From the NCBI GenBank assembly GCA_026126125.1, contig JAHCJW010000003.1, positions 4,288 through 68,287 on the forward strand: a stretch of DNA of 64,000 bases, read 5' to 3'. Below the pieces are notes generated by a model. The model searched no databases. It was given only the letters and a program-made list of their open reading frames with translations, and was not told where the DNA came from. Shown one piece after another: positions 9,017-19,000 of the stretch. Every line of letters starts with the position of its first letter. Positions within the stretch are counted from its first letter, which is position 1. The stretch is from Devosia sp. (lineage in GTDB: Bacteria > Pseudomonadota > Alphaproteobacteria > Rhizobiales > Devosiaceae). Made by a program: the position numbers and the translations under genes.

Positions 9017-10339
9017 TTAGTGTGAGCCCATGGCCCTCGAGCGTGCGATGGCGTCTTCGACGCCGGTCCAGGCCGGCAGGTCGGTGAAGCGCCAGCGCAC
9101 GTAATTGACGAGATCGACCATCACATCGTCGCTGATGGCGTCGCCCTGGGCGGGCATGGTGAACTGCGGCGCGGCGCGGGACGCCTTGATGCCATGGATG
9201 ATCGTATGCAGGGCATTGTCCGGCGTCGGCGCATTCATCGCGGCGGTGAGGCCGAGCGAGGTGGGCATCGAGGACGAGATGCGCTCCTTGTGGCACCTTA
9301 CGCAGGTGTCGAAGAATTTCTGCTCGCCGCGCAGCAGGCCTTCGTCGGTGGGGGCGTTGGCGCCGCCAGGGCGTTCGGCCTCGGTCCAGTCGAGCGCGGC
9401 GACGCGGGTGACCACTTCCTTGGTCGCCTCGGCGCTGGGCTCTTCCTTGAGCGAAGTCAGATAGGCGGCAATGGCGAAGATGTCGTCTTCGTCGGCTTCC
9501 AGCAACGAGTCGATAACCGGGCCCATCGGGCCGCCGGCGATGCCGTGGTGTTCGTCCCGACCATCGAAGAGATAGTTGAGATAGGCGTCCATCGTCCAGC
9601 CGGCTGGCGAGTGCGATGCCGCCCCGATCGCCGGCACATACCAGCCTTCGGCCTCCGAGCCGCCGAAGAACTTGCTGGTGTCGCTGGCGCCCAAGGCATT
9701 GCGCGGCGTATGGCAGGCGCCGCAATGGCCGAGGCCCGCGACCAGATAGGCGCCCCGGTTCCATTCCTCATCCCGTTCCGGATCGGGCTGATACACCTGC
9801 GGGCGGTGGAACAGAATCTTCCAGCCTTCCAGAATGGGACGGAAGCTGAAGGGGAACGGCATGTCATTGGCCGGCTGGGTGTATTCGACAGCCGGCTGCG
9901 TCATCAGATAGGCATAGAGCGCGGCCACATCGTCCTCGGTGACGAGCGCGAAGTGGTCATATGGGAAGGCCGGGTAGAGGTGATTGCCTTCGCGGTCGAT
10001 GCCCTGATGCATGGCGCGCTGGAAGGCTTCGCCGGACCAGGCGCCGATGCCGGTTGCGGGGTCGGGGGTGATATTGGTGCTGTAGATCGTGCCGAAGGGC
10101 GTCGGCAGTGGCAGGCCGCCGGCATAGGGCTCGCCCCCAGGCCGCGTGTGGCAGACCTGGCAATCGCCCACAGCGGCGAGCAGCTCGCCTTTTTCGACAA
10201 GCTTGGCATCCAGCGCGGCGACTTCCACCGGGGTAATCGGCGCCATGGCCCCATAACGGGTCGCGATCAGATAAAAGCCCACGAGCCCGATTGCGCCGAG
10301 CGCCACCAAAACTCCAAGACCGACCAGTAGTTTTTTCAC
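9017..10339 (-). CDS. Membrane-anchored trihaem cytochrome c (dehydrogenase cytochrome subunit type)
   Basis: 440 aa with an N-terminal TM helix and three CxxCH motifs (CQVCH, CGACH, CVRCH). It resembles the cytochrome subunits of membrane-bound aldehyde or gluconate dehydrogenases. Confidence 0.85.
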   Translation of the reverse strand: MKKLLVGLGVLVALGAIGLVGFYLIATRYGAMAPITPVEVAALDAKLVEKGELLAAVGDCQVCHTRPGGEPYAGGLPLPTPFGTIYSTNITPDPATGIGAWSGEAFQRAMHQGIDREGNHLYPAFPYDHFALVTEDDVAALYAYLMTQPAVEYTQPANDMPFPFSFRPILEGWKILFHRPQVYQPDPERDEEWNRGAYLVAGLGHCGACHTPRNALGASDTSKFFGGSEAEGWYVPAIGAASHSPAGWTMDAYLNYLFDGRDEHHGIAGGPMGPVIDSLLEADEDDIFAIAAYLTSLKEEPSAEATKEVVTRVAALDWTEAERPGGANAPTDEGLLRGEQKFFDTCVRCHKERISSSMPTSLGLTAAMNAPTPDNALHTIIHGIKASRAAPQFTMPAQGDAISDDVMVDLVNYVRWRFTDLPAWTGVEDAIARSRAMGSH

Positions 10340-10567
10340 TGCACGTCATTCCACTTGTGCCGGCGCTGCCGGCGACAATACCCATACCCCCAGCGACGAT
10401 CTCCCGATGCGCTCGCTAGGGTTCTCTTTGAAAACGTTTGTGGGGCTCTCGCCCTCCTCGGCGCCAGCATGACACCGCAAAGACATGAACACCAAACATT
10501 TTTTGTGGCATGAGCGGGAAAATGTATAACTGCTTTTCTGCCGGTCGGGCACTTAATTTCATAGGCG

Positions 10568-11185
10568 GTGCGCATGATGACTTATGAACGCGTTGATGCG
10601 GCGGAAGCGCCCCGCATCGTGGCTTTGGTTCTGGCGGCGGGGCTTTCGACGCGTTTCGGGGGCGACAAGCTTGTCCATCCCTATCGAGGCAAGCCGCTTG
10701 CGGCCCATATTGCCGATGTGATTGCCGCCATGCCGGTCGCCCACAGGCTGGCGATCTGCCCGAGCGAGAACGCGGCGCGACAGAAGATTTTTCGCGATCG
10801 GGGCTTTGACCTCATCGGCAATGACAATCCCGGTGTCGGGCTGTCGAGTTCGCTGGCTCTCGGCGCCGCCCGGGCGATCGAGCTGGCCGCGGATGTGCTG
10901 ATCGTCTGCCTGGCCGACATGCCGCATGTGACCGCCGATTATCTCGCGCTGTTGGCGGACGAGTGCGGGGCGGCCGCCGCGATCGTCGCCTCCCAGACCG
11001 CTGCGGCGCGGCATCCGCCGGTAGCCTTTGCCCGCCCGGCTTTTGATCGCCTGCTGACGCTTGAGGGCGACGCGGGCGCGCGCCCCTTGCTCGCCGCAGC
11101 CAAGGTGCTGCCCATGCCGATCGCGCTTGCCGCCGATTTCGACACTCGCGAAGATTTCGCCGAGGCTCCGCCCGCGCAAGCGTGA
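10568..11185 (+). CDS. MobA/MocA-like nucleotidyltransferase (molybdenum cofactor cytidylyl/guanylyl-transferase family)
   Basis: 205 aa with IVALVLAAGLSTRFGGDKL, typical of the NTP-transferase MocA family. The start is uncertain: GTG at 10568 or ATG at 10574. Confidence 0.8.
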   Translation: MRMMTYERVDAAEAPRIVALVLAAGLSTRFGGDKLVHPYRGKPLAAHIADVIAAMPVAHRLAICPSENAARQKIFRDRGFDLIGNDNPGVGLSSSLALGAARAIELAADVLIVCLADMPHVTADYLALLADECGAAAAIVASQTAAARHPPVAFARPAFDRLLTLEGDAGARPLLAAAKVLPMPIALAADFDTREDFAEAPPAQA

Positions 11186-11318
11186 CGATTTTGGCGCCCG
11201 GAAAGTCTGTATTCTTTCCCTAACCCAAATAAGTGCGCCGCTCACCCCAATGTCCGGCCGAGGTGGCGGGCAAATCACCCCATTGTTTAGGAATTTAGAC
11301 ACTTCCTTCGGGGCACGG

Positions 11319-13055
11319 ATGAGCAATATCAACGCAATGGCGACCGCAGTGACCGGGCTCAAGGCGCAGGCCAAGGCGCTTGAGAACATTTCGGGCAATA
11401 TCGCCAATTCCCAGACCGCAGGTTATAAAAAGGTCGATACCAGCTTCTCCGACCTCATCGCCGACGCCGGTGTCAAAAACGTGCGTTCCGGTGCCGTTGG
11501 CGCCTATGGCCGTTCGTCCAACACGCTGGGCGGCGACGCCCTGCGCTCGGACAATCCCACCTCCCTGTCGATCGCCGGCGAAGGTTTTTTCCCGGTCAGC
11601 GATGCGCAGGGGCGCATGCTCTACACGCGCCTGGGCGATTTCAGCCTCACTCTCGACCCCAAAAGCGGCGACCGCTATCTGGTGAACGGCAGCGGCTATC
11701 GCCTCATGGATGTTCAGTATCGCACCGGCGATGAAGGGGGGATCGCCAGCAGCAAGATCGTGACCATCCCCAACACGCCGCTGGCGCCGCGCAAGACGTC
11801 GCAGTTCGAGTACAAGCTCAATCTGCCCCAGTTCCCCATGACTGCGTCCTACGACCCAACCGTCCCCAATAGCGAGCTGCTCAACACCGGAGCATTGGCG
11901 AATGGGGCGGGTGAGGCGTCGCTGGTGACGCTGCCTTATGGCTATGCCGGCGGCGATCTGGCCCGCAACAGCATCAATACGGGCGAATATGTGACCGTGT
12001 CCTTCGATGGGCAGTCGCGGACCTATGTGTTCGACACTGGCGAAGCCACGCCCCCGACCGTCACCCCGCCATCCGTTCTCATCGACGCGACCGGGACCAA
12101 TGACGCCATGATCGAGCAGATTGTCGCCGATATGCGGGCCAATTTGCCCGGCGCCGAGAACGCCGAAGCCTATCTCGATGACAATCTCAACCTGATCATC
12201 AAGATGTCCGCCGCCAATGCCGGCACGCTGTCGCTCACCTCCGACTTCGGCGGGGTGACGATCAGCCTGCCGTCCACCCCGATCAACGGTCCGGTGCAGC
12301 AGATTGTCGGAACCGACGCCCAACGCTTCATCTCGCAGAGCGTCGGCGGCGGAACGCTGACGGCGTATTCGGAAACGGGCGAGGCCATCCCGGTTCAGTT
12401 GCGCTGGGCAAAACTGCAGGGTGCCCCGAATGAGCAATGGTCCTTGTTCTACGAGACCAACAGCACTGCCAACGGAGCGCAGGCCGCCTGGCAGAAGGTG
12501 GGCGACTATACGTTTCGCAATGGGCAGATGACGGCGATGAAGGACGCCGGGGGAGCCGTGTCCTCAAACGGCGAAATCCTCGTCAATGCTCTCTCGGTCG
12601 ATGGCGTCAATTTTGGCAATCTCCGCTTTATCCATGGCACTGACGGGATAACGCAATATGCCGACGCTTCGGGTCGCCCCGTCACGAGCGTGGCGCAGCA
12701 AGACGGCTATGCCAAAGGGGAGTTCGTCGGCGTGTCCGTCGATGACAGCGGCACCATTCACGCCACCTATAGCAATGGGAAAACCCAAGAACTGGGGGCG
12801 GTTCGCCTCGCCCTGTTCCGGTCGCCCGATAGCCTCCAGCGCGTTGACGGACAGGCCTTCGAAGCCACGCTTGCTTCGGGTGAGCCCAGGAAGTCGTCAA
12901 CCTCGATCATGGCGGGCTGGCTGGAAAGCTCGAATGTGGAAATCTCCGACGAGTTCGCCAAGCTGATCGTTACCCAGCAGGCCTATTCCGCCAACACCAA
13001 GATCGTCACTGCCAGCGATGAGATGGAAAGGGAACTGCTCAATCTCATCCGCTGA
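11319..13055 (+). CDS. flgE: Flagellar hook protein FlgE (or a hook-like paralogue)
   Basis: I trimmed the 11061 ORF to the in-frame ATG at 11319. The N-terminus (MSNINAMATAVTGLKAQAKALENISGNIANSQTAGYKK) and C-terminus (LESSNVEISDEFAKLIVTQQAYSANTKIVTASDEMERELLNLIR) are canonical flagellar rod/hook termini. Confidence 0.85.
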   Translation: MSNINAMATAVTGLKAQAKALENISGNIANSQTAGYKKVDTSFSDLIADAGVKNVRSGAVGAYGRSSNTLGGDALRSDNPTSLSIAGEGFFPVSDAQGRMLYTRLGDFSLTLDPKSGDRYLVNGSGYRLMDVQYRTGDEGGIASSKIVTIPNTPLAPRKTSQFEYKLNLPQFPMTASYDPTVPNSELLNTGALANGAGEASLVTLPYGYAGGDLARNSINTGEYVTVSFDGQSRTYVFDTGEATPPTVTPPSVLIDATGTNDAMIEQIVADMRANLPGAENAEAYLDDNLNLIIKMSAANAGTLSLTSDFGGVTISLPSTPINGPVQQIVGTDAQRFISQSVGGGTLTAYSETGEAIPVQLRWAKLQGAPNEQWSLFYETNSTANGAQAAWQKVGDYTFRNGQMTAMKDAGGAVSSNGEILVNALSVDGVNFGNLRFIHGTDGITQYADASGRPVTSVAQQDGYAKGEFVGVSVDDSGTIHATYSNGKTQELGAVRLALFRSPDSLQRVDGQAFEATLASGEPRKSSTSIMAGWLESSNVEISDEFAKLIVTQQAYSANTKIVTASDEMERELLNLIR

Positions 13056-13079
13056 ACCCGATCATATTGCCAATCCGGA

Positions 13080-13106
13080 GCGGCTGTTTGAGCCGCACCA
13101 GTTTTT
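13080..13106 (+). terminator. Weak intrinsic terminator after flgE
   Basis: A 6-bp stem (gcggct/agccgc) with a 5-nt loop is followed by ccagTTTTT. It sits between the convergent flgE and response regulator genes. Confidence 0.4.
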
Positions 13107-13115
13107 CACGGTTCG

Positions 13116-13706
13116 TCACAGGCGACGGAACGCCAGCGCAAACCGCGTGCGATTGTCCGTGTCGTATTTCTTGAGCAGCGCCTTGACGTGAACCTTGACC
13201 GTGTTGAGCTGGATGTCCAGCCGCTCGGCAATTTCCTTGTCGGCAAAGCCTTCGGCCAATAGTTCCGCCACCTCGATTTCCCGCCCGGACAGGGGGATCG
13301 CGGGGGCCGCGCGCAGCAGGTCCGCCGGCACGAAGCGCTCGCCACTCAGCATCAGATGCAGGGCATGCAGCAGGGGCTGGCCGGCAATGGTCTTGGGCAG
13401 CCAGCCGATGGCGCCATGGTCGAGGGCCTGGGCCACAACACTGGCATCGTTGAGGCCGGACAAGAAGGCGATCGGCACATTCGCATTCTGGTTCCGGATG
13501 GCGTCGAAGCCGGCAAAGCCGCTGAGGGGTGGTATCGAATAGTCGAGCAGTACAAGCTCAAAGCGATGCTGGCTCAGCATTTGCAGGGCCGTGCTGATCG
13601 ATGGGGCCATTCGCGTAACAAAATCGGCGTCGAGGGCATGCAGCAAGAATTGCATGGCGTTGGCAAACAGAGTGTGATCGTCGACGATGAGAATGGATTT
13701 TGTCAT
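13116..13706 (-). CDS. LuxR/FixJ-family two-component response regulator
   Basis: 196 aa with a receiver domain (ILIVDDH ... VLLDYSIP) and a C-terminal LuxR helix-turn-helix (LSGREIEVAELLAEGFADKEIAERLDIQLNTVKVHVKALL). Confidence 0.9.
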   Translation of the reverse strand: MTKSILIVDDHTLFANAMQFLLHALDADFVTRMAPSISTALQMLSQHRFELVLLDYSIPPLSGFAGFDAIRNQNANVPIAFLSGLNDASVVAQALDHGAIGWLPKTIAGQPLLHALHLMLSGERFVPADLLRAAPAIPLSGREIEVAELLAEGFADKEIAERLDIQLNTVKVHVKALLKKYDTDNRTRFALAFRRL

Positions 13707-13727
13707 GCGTCAGGTCGAAAGCTCCTC

Positions 13728-15278
13728 ATGATTCCCTTCAGCCGGGCCGCTTCGCTCTTGTTGTTTTTTGCTTTGGGCGTGCTCTGGCTGGCCTCCTTCC
13801 GGATGGCCGATGCGCTGACCTTTTTCAAGACCTATTCCAGCTTCTGGTTCTTGCCGGCTGGGGTTACCATGGCCATCGTCATGGTCGCGCCCGGATGGCT
13901 GAAACTGGCGCCCTTGGCGGCCAATCTCCTGATTGCTCTGCCCGTGGTCCGAGCCGTGATCGGCGTTTCCGTGGTCAACGACTATGAACCGCTTCTGCAT
14001 GGCGTGCGCCTCTTCGCGGTCTATGGCGGGGCGGGATTTCTGCTGGTCCGCCTTCTCAGGATCGAACTGCCCGCCACCAGTTTACGCGACTATCGCTGGA
14101 TAACGGTGGTGAGCTTTCTCGCGGTGACGACGGCGACCGCGACCGGCATCGGCATGCATATGCTCTCGGGCAATATGACGCCGGCCGAAGCAAGAGATGT
14201 GGTCTGGTCGTGGTGGCTGGGGGACGCGATCGGGGCTTTTGCCATTCCTCCGATGCTGGTGCCGCTGCTGGGCCGCTGGTTGCGGGCCGATGGGGCGGAG
14301 TGGCATTGGCCGGCCCCGCTCCTCTGGCTTGAGCAGATCGGCACCATTCTGGTCATCTGCCTCGTCGGCACCATGGTGTGGCATCTCACCGGGGTTTTCC
14401 AGGTCTGGTATCTGCTTGTCCTGCCTCCGGTATTGTTTGCGTTGCGAGGCGGCCTGCCGATGTCGGCCACCTGTGTCTTTTTGACGGTCGTTACCGTGCC
14501 GCTGCTCGCCGGGCCCCTGGCGTTGCAAAACAACATTGCCGAGTTGAGCCCGCTCCTGCTGGCGACAACGGTCGCCGGCCTGCTGCTCGGGGCCGCCATG
14601 TCCGACCAGCAGAAAATGCTGGGCAGTGTTGAGCAACTGGTCGAGGATCGCACGCGCGAGCTGAAGGAGGCCCACGAATTTCAGCGCCACCTCATCCGCT
14701 CGATTGGCCACGATGTGCGCCAACCCATCGAAGGGATGAACATGCTGCTCGAAGGGCTGGCGATATATCCGCGCAGCCCGGAGGAGAGTGCCGCGATTTT
14801 GCGGACCCGCCAGATTGGCGCCCATGCGTCGCAGCTTCTCTCCAGCATCTTGACCTATGCCCGTTTCGAGGCCGGCGGCGTCACCGTGCAGGCTGAGGAC
14901 TTCCCCATCGATCGCCTGTTCGGCGCTTTGGCCCAATTGTTCGAGCCGTTCGCGGCGCTCAAGGACGTGACCCTGGTCTGGCGTCACAACGCCGAGGTGT
15001 TGAACAGCGATGAAACCCTGCTGGGTCAGGCGCTGTCGAACCTGATCGACAATGCCGTTCGCTTGAGCGAGCCGGGCTCGGTTGTCGAAATCGGGGTCGA
15101 GGCGAGGCGGGATGGCGTTGCCATCGTTGTGAGCGACACCGTGGCGCCTCTGGCGGGCACGCCCGGCGCGGCCGGGTTCGGCCTCGGCCTTGTGGCCAAA
15201 ATCGCCGATGTCCTCGGGGCGCAAGTCCTGGCCGAGCAAAATCGCAACGGGTTGGTCTTCGCTGACAAACCCGCTTGA
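13728..15278 (+). CDS. Sensor histidine kinase with a polytopic MASE1-like membrane domain
   Basis: I trimmed the 13356 ORF to the ATG at 13728, since the upstream part overlaps the response regulator gene. It has about 8 hydrophobic helices with a WWLGDAIGAFAIPP segment, an H-box (LIRSIGHDVRQPI), an N-box (LSNLIDNAVRLS) and a G-box (GFGLGLV). Confidence 0.85.
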   Translation: MIPFSRAASLLLFFALGVLWLASFRMADALTFFKTYSSFWFLPAGVTMAIVMVAPGWLKLAPLAANLLIALPVVRAVIGVSVVNDYEPLLHGVRLFAVYGGAGFLLVRLLRIELPATSLRDYRWITVVSFLAVTTATATGIGMHMLSGNMTPAEARDVVWSWWLGDAIGAFAIPPMLVPLLGRWLRADGAEWHWPAPLLWLEQIGTILVICLVGTMVWHLTGVFQVWYLLVLPPVLFALRGGLPMSATCVFLTVVTVPLLAGPLALQNNIAELSPLLLATTVAGLLLGAAMSDQQKMLGSVEQLVEDRTRELKEAHEFQRHLIRSIGHDVRQPIEGMNMLLEGLAIYPRSPEESAAILRTRQIGAHASQLLSSILTYARFEAGGVTVQAEDFPIDRLFGALAQLFEPFAALKDVTLVWRHNAEVLNSDETLLGQALSNLIDNAVRLSEPGSVVEIGVEARRDGVAIVVSDTVAPLAGTPGAAGFGLGLVAKIADVLGAQVLAEQNRNGLVFADKPA

Positions 15279-15362
15279 TCACCTCCTCCTGCCGAATTCT
15301 GCTTCTTGCCGGCCCTGAACCCGATACAGTCCTCTTCGTCATTCCTTGGTGAGAGGCTCGCA

Positions 15363-15938
15363 ATGCGCCCGGTTCGCTATTCGATCAACATCACTCTCGA
15401 CGGCTGCTGCGATCATGCCGTTGGCGTGCCCAACGAAGATACCCATCGCCATTCGGCCGATCTTATCCTGGCGGCCGATGCGCTGATCCTGGGCCGCGTC
15501 ATCTATCAGATGATGGAAGCGGCCTGGCGCCCGGTGGTGGAAGGGGAGCGGCCCGATTGGGTGCTCGATTGGATGGTGCCATTCGCGCAGGCCATTCACG
15601 CCGTCAAGAAATACGTCGTGTCCGATACGCTCGGGACGGTTGACTGGAATGCAGAGATTGTCCGGGGCCGTGATCTCGAACAAACCGTGCGCGCGCTGAA
15701 GCAAGAGCCGGGCAATGGCCTGTTGGCCGGCGGCGTGGCGCTGCCGCTGGCTCTGGCGGAGCATGGGCTGATCGATGAATACGAGTTCGTGGTTCAGCCG
15801 CGCATTGCCGGGCGAGGACCGACAGTGTTCGCCGGCCTGTCCTCCGTCGTCGATCTCCGCCTAGTGGGACGCAAGGAGCTCGATGGCGGCGTGCTGGCTC
15901 TGCGCTATCAGCCTGTCGCGGGGCGCAACGGCGGCTGA
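15363..15938 (+). CDS. Dihydrofolate reductase-family protein (RibD C-terminal domain type)
   Basis: Start set at ATG 15363, preceded by GAGAGG. MRPVRYSINITLDGCCDH...LILGRVIYQMM is typical of this family. Confidence 0.75.
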   Translation: MRPVRYSINITLDGCCDHAVGVPNEDTHRHSADLILAADALILGRVIYQMMEAAWRPVVEGERPDWVLDWMVPFAQAIHAVKKYVVSDTLGTVDWNAEIVRGRDLEQTVRALKQEPGNGLLAGGVALPLALAEHGLIDEYEFVVQPRIAGRGPTVFAGLSSVVDLRLVGRKELDGGVLALRYQPVAGRNGG

Positions 15939-16059
15939 TTTCGGCCAATATTGCGCCGAACTGCCCGCGCAGCGGCGTGTTTTTCGGTTTGGGACGGTAA
16001 ATTAGGGGTTTGTTTACCATAATCGATCCTAGGCTTGCCCGGCATGGGGGAGCAGATCG

Positions 16060-19000
16060 ATGTCCAGGGCTGGCAAAAGCGCGCTTGCATTCACTTTGGC
16101 CGTGCTGGCCTCGGGCGTGTCGATGCCGGTGCTCGCCGCCTGCGTCGCCGGTGCCAATGGCCAGATGAGTTGCAGCGGGGCCCTGGCCGGCGGGATCGCC
16201 CAGACCAATGGCCCGGTTCTGGTTCTCGACGTCAGCGCTCTCACCCAGGACATCAGTGTCAATGGCAAGGTCGGCGTCAGTTTCGTCTCGCCGCCGCGCA
16301 ATGGCGCCATTCCGACCAAGGCCGGGCAAACCGGCGGCTATGCCCAGCCTTCGGGCAATGTGGTTCTCAATTTCAGCGGCGGCGCCTATTCGGTTCTGAC
16401 CACTGGCAGCAAGGCAATCGGCATTTATGGCTCGAGCCTGGGCGGTTTCGGCGCCGATGGCTATGATGCGCAGTTTCTGATCACCAGCGCCGGCCATGGC
16501 GGTGGCGCGGCGGCTGGTGGCGATGTCGCCATCGTCGCGGCCGGAACGATCTCGACGCGGGGTGACGAGGCGCATGGCATTGTCGGCGAGAGCATCGGCG
16601 GCAGCGGGGGCAAGGGCGGCAGCGCCCGGGGGTTCCTGTGGGGAAAGGCGGGCGGCGGCGGCCCGGCCGGCAAGGGCGGCATGGTCACCGTCACCTCCTC
16701 GGCGACCATCACCACGCTGGGCGAAGACGCGGTGGGCATCATTGCGCAGAGCGTGGGCGGCAATGGCGGCCGGGGGGGCGACGCCAGCGGCTGGTTCGTG
16801 TCCTCGGGCGGCGGCAATCCGGCAGCTGACGGCAATCTGGTCAAGGTCAATCACGCGGGCCGGATCCTGACCAAGGGCGAAGGCGCCGATGGCATTCTGG
16901 CGCAATCCATCGGTGGTTTTGGCGGCAGGGGTGGCGGGGCCAGCGGGCTCGTCGCCTTCGGCAGCAGTGGCGCCAGCGCTGGCCATGGCGGCGCCGTCGA
17001 CATCGTCAATAGCGGCAGCATCGAAACCGAACATGACATGGCGCGTGCCATCCTGGCGCAGTCGATCGGCGGTGGGGGCGGGCATGCCGGCAAGGCCTCG
17101 CGCCTTGTCGCGCACGGCGCCAGCGGCGTCCATGGCGGCAATGGCGGCGCGGTGAGCATCGCCAATACCGGCACGGGCAGCATCGTCACCCATGGCGAAG
17201 ACAGCGATGGAATCTATGCCCAGTCGATTGGTGGCGGCGGTGGCGACGGCAGCCGGGCCAGCGGCCTCGTCGGAATTGGCGGCAAGGCGGGCGCGGGCGG
17301 GCATGGCGGCAGCGTGACCATCCAAAACGCCCAGTCGATAGCCACGCATGATGCCGAATCGAGCGCCATCTATGCTCAGTCCATCGGCGGGGGCGGCGGC
17401 GATGGCGGCAATGCGGGCGGGCTTGTTGCGCTTGGCGGCTCAGGCGGGGCCGGGGGCAATGGCGGCGCGGTGAGCATCGCGTCGTCCGGCGCGCTCAACG
17501 GCCAGGGCGAGCAGTCCTACGGCATTTTCGCTCAATCGATCGGCGGCGGCGGGGGCGATGGCGGGCGGACGATTTCGGGCGCTTTGGTGGTGCCGGTCAA
17601 TGTGGCGGTGGGCGGCTCGGGCGGCGATGGTGGCGATGGCGGCGTGGTCAAGGTGACGACCACTGGAGCGAGGACTGCCATCAGCACCGACGGCGATGGC
17701 GCCAATGCCATTTTCGCCCAATCCATCGGCGGTGGCGGCGGCAATGGATCGATGACGGCCGCCATCGGGGTGGTTTCCCCCGTCAGCATTGCGGTCAGTG
17801 TCGGGGGCAGCGGCGGCTATGGGGGCAATGCCGACACTGTCACGGTCAGCAATGGCAACGCCCTCACCACGCGCGGCGCCAATGCTGCGGCGGTGCTCGC
17901 CCAATCGGTCGGCGGGGGCGGGGGCACAGGCGGCTTCAGCTTCGCCGGCACGCTCGGGGCGCTGTCCATCTCCACCGCGGTGGGTGGCACGGGCGGCTCC
18001 GGCGGCTCGGCCGAAGACGTCGTCGTCGACAATAAAGGCACCATTCGCACCTATGGCGATCTTTCCCATGGTCTGCAGGCGCAGTCCATTGGCGGGGGTG
18101 GCGGCTCCGGCGGCGGCGCGGTCGCCAGCAGCACCAGTGTCGCGGTGAGCAATCTCAGCGGCGCCATCGCCGTTGCCGTCGGCGGCAAGGGCGGGGATGG
18201 CAATCAGGGTGCTGCCGTCGAAATCACCAATACCGGCGCCATCCGCACCGGCCAGGCCGCGACCGGAACGCGCCCGGCGACGGGGGCGGGAGCCCACGCC
18301 ATTTTGGCGCAGTCGATCGGCGGCGGCGGCGGTGCCGGCGGCTTTGCCGGTTCGGGGGCGCTGAGCGTGGGCTCCAAGGGGTTCAATTTCGCCCTGGCGC
18401 TGGGCGGCGAAGGCGGTGGTGGCAACAAGTCCAATTCGGTGGAAGTGGACAATGACGGCGATCTGGTGACCCGCGGCAAGGGGGCTCATGGCATTTTTGC
18501 CCAATCGATCGGTGGCGGCGGCGGCGATGGCGGTCTGGGGCTGACGGCGACGCTGTCGGTCGCCACAGATATTCCGACGGCGCGGGTCGGCATCGCGCTG
18601 GGCGGTTCGGGCGGTTCGGGCGGGGTCGGCGACCAGGTCTGGGTCGACAATTCGGGCAGCATCCGCACCAGCGGCGACGAGGCCTACGGCATCAAGGCGC
18701 AGTCCATCGGCGGCGGCGGCGGCGCGGGCGGCCTGGCGGTCAGCGGCATGCTCACCGCCTCTGGCTCGGGCGCCCAGATCGGCGTCGCGGTCGGCGGCAA
18801 TGGCGGCAAGGGCGACAGCGCCGGTCTCGTCAATGTCAAGAACGACGCCGCGATCACCACGCAAGGCAAGGATGCCGTCGCCCTTCTCGCCCAGTCCGTG
18901 GGCGGCGGCGGTGGCAATGGCGGTGTGTCGGTCGTCGGCAGCATCATGAATACCTCGACCTCGTCGGCCCAGATCGGGGTGTCCGTGGGCGGCAAAGGCG

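Noticed and set aside
11061-11318. N-terminal extensions of ORF-track entries: 11061 (flgE), 13356 (kinase), 15306, 23026, 23483, 36855, 40277, 46103, 52097, 55997, 60904, 62188, 62145, 45062 and 43040.
   Set aside because: The extensions overlap upstream genes or lack family-typical sequence. Internal starts give canonical N-termini, Shine-Dalgarno sequences or ATGA/GTGA coupling with the preceding stop.
11186-11318. A sigma-54 type promoter (TGGCGC...) upstream of flgE.
   Set aside because: TTGGCGCCCGGAAAGTC lacks the GC dinucleotide at the -12 position with correct spacing from the GG, so I could not support it.
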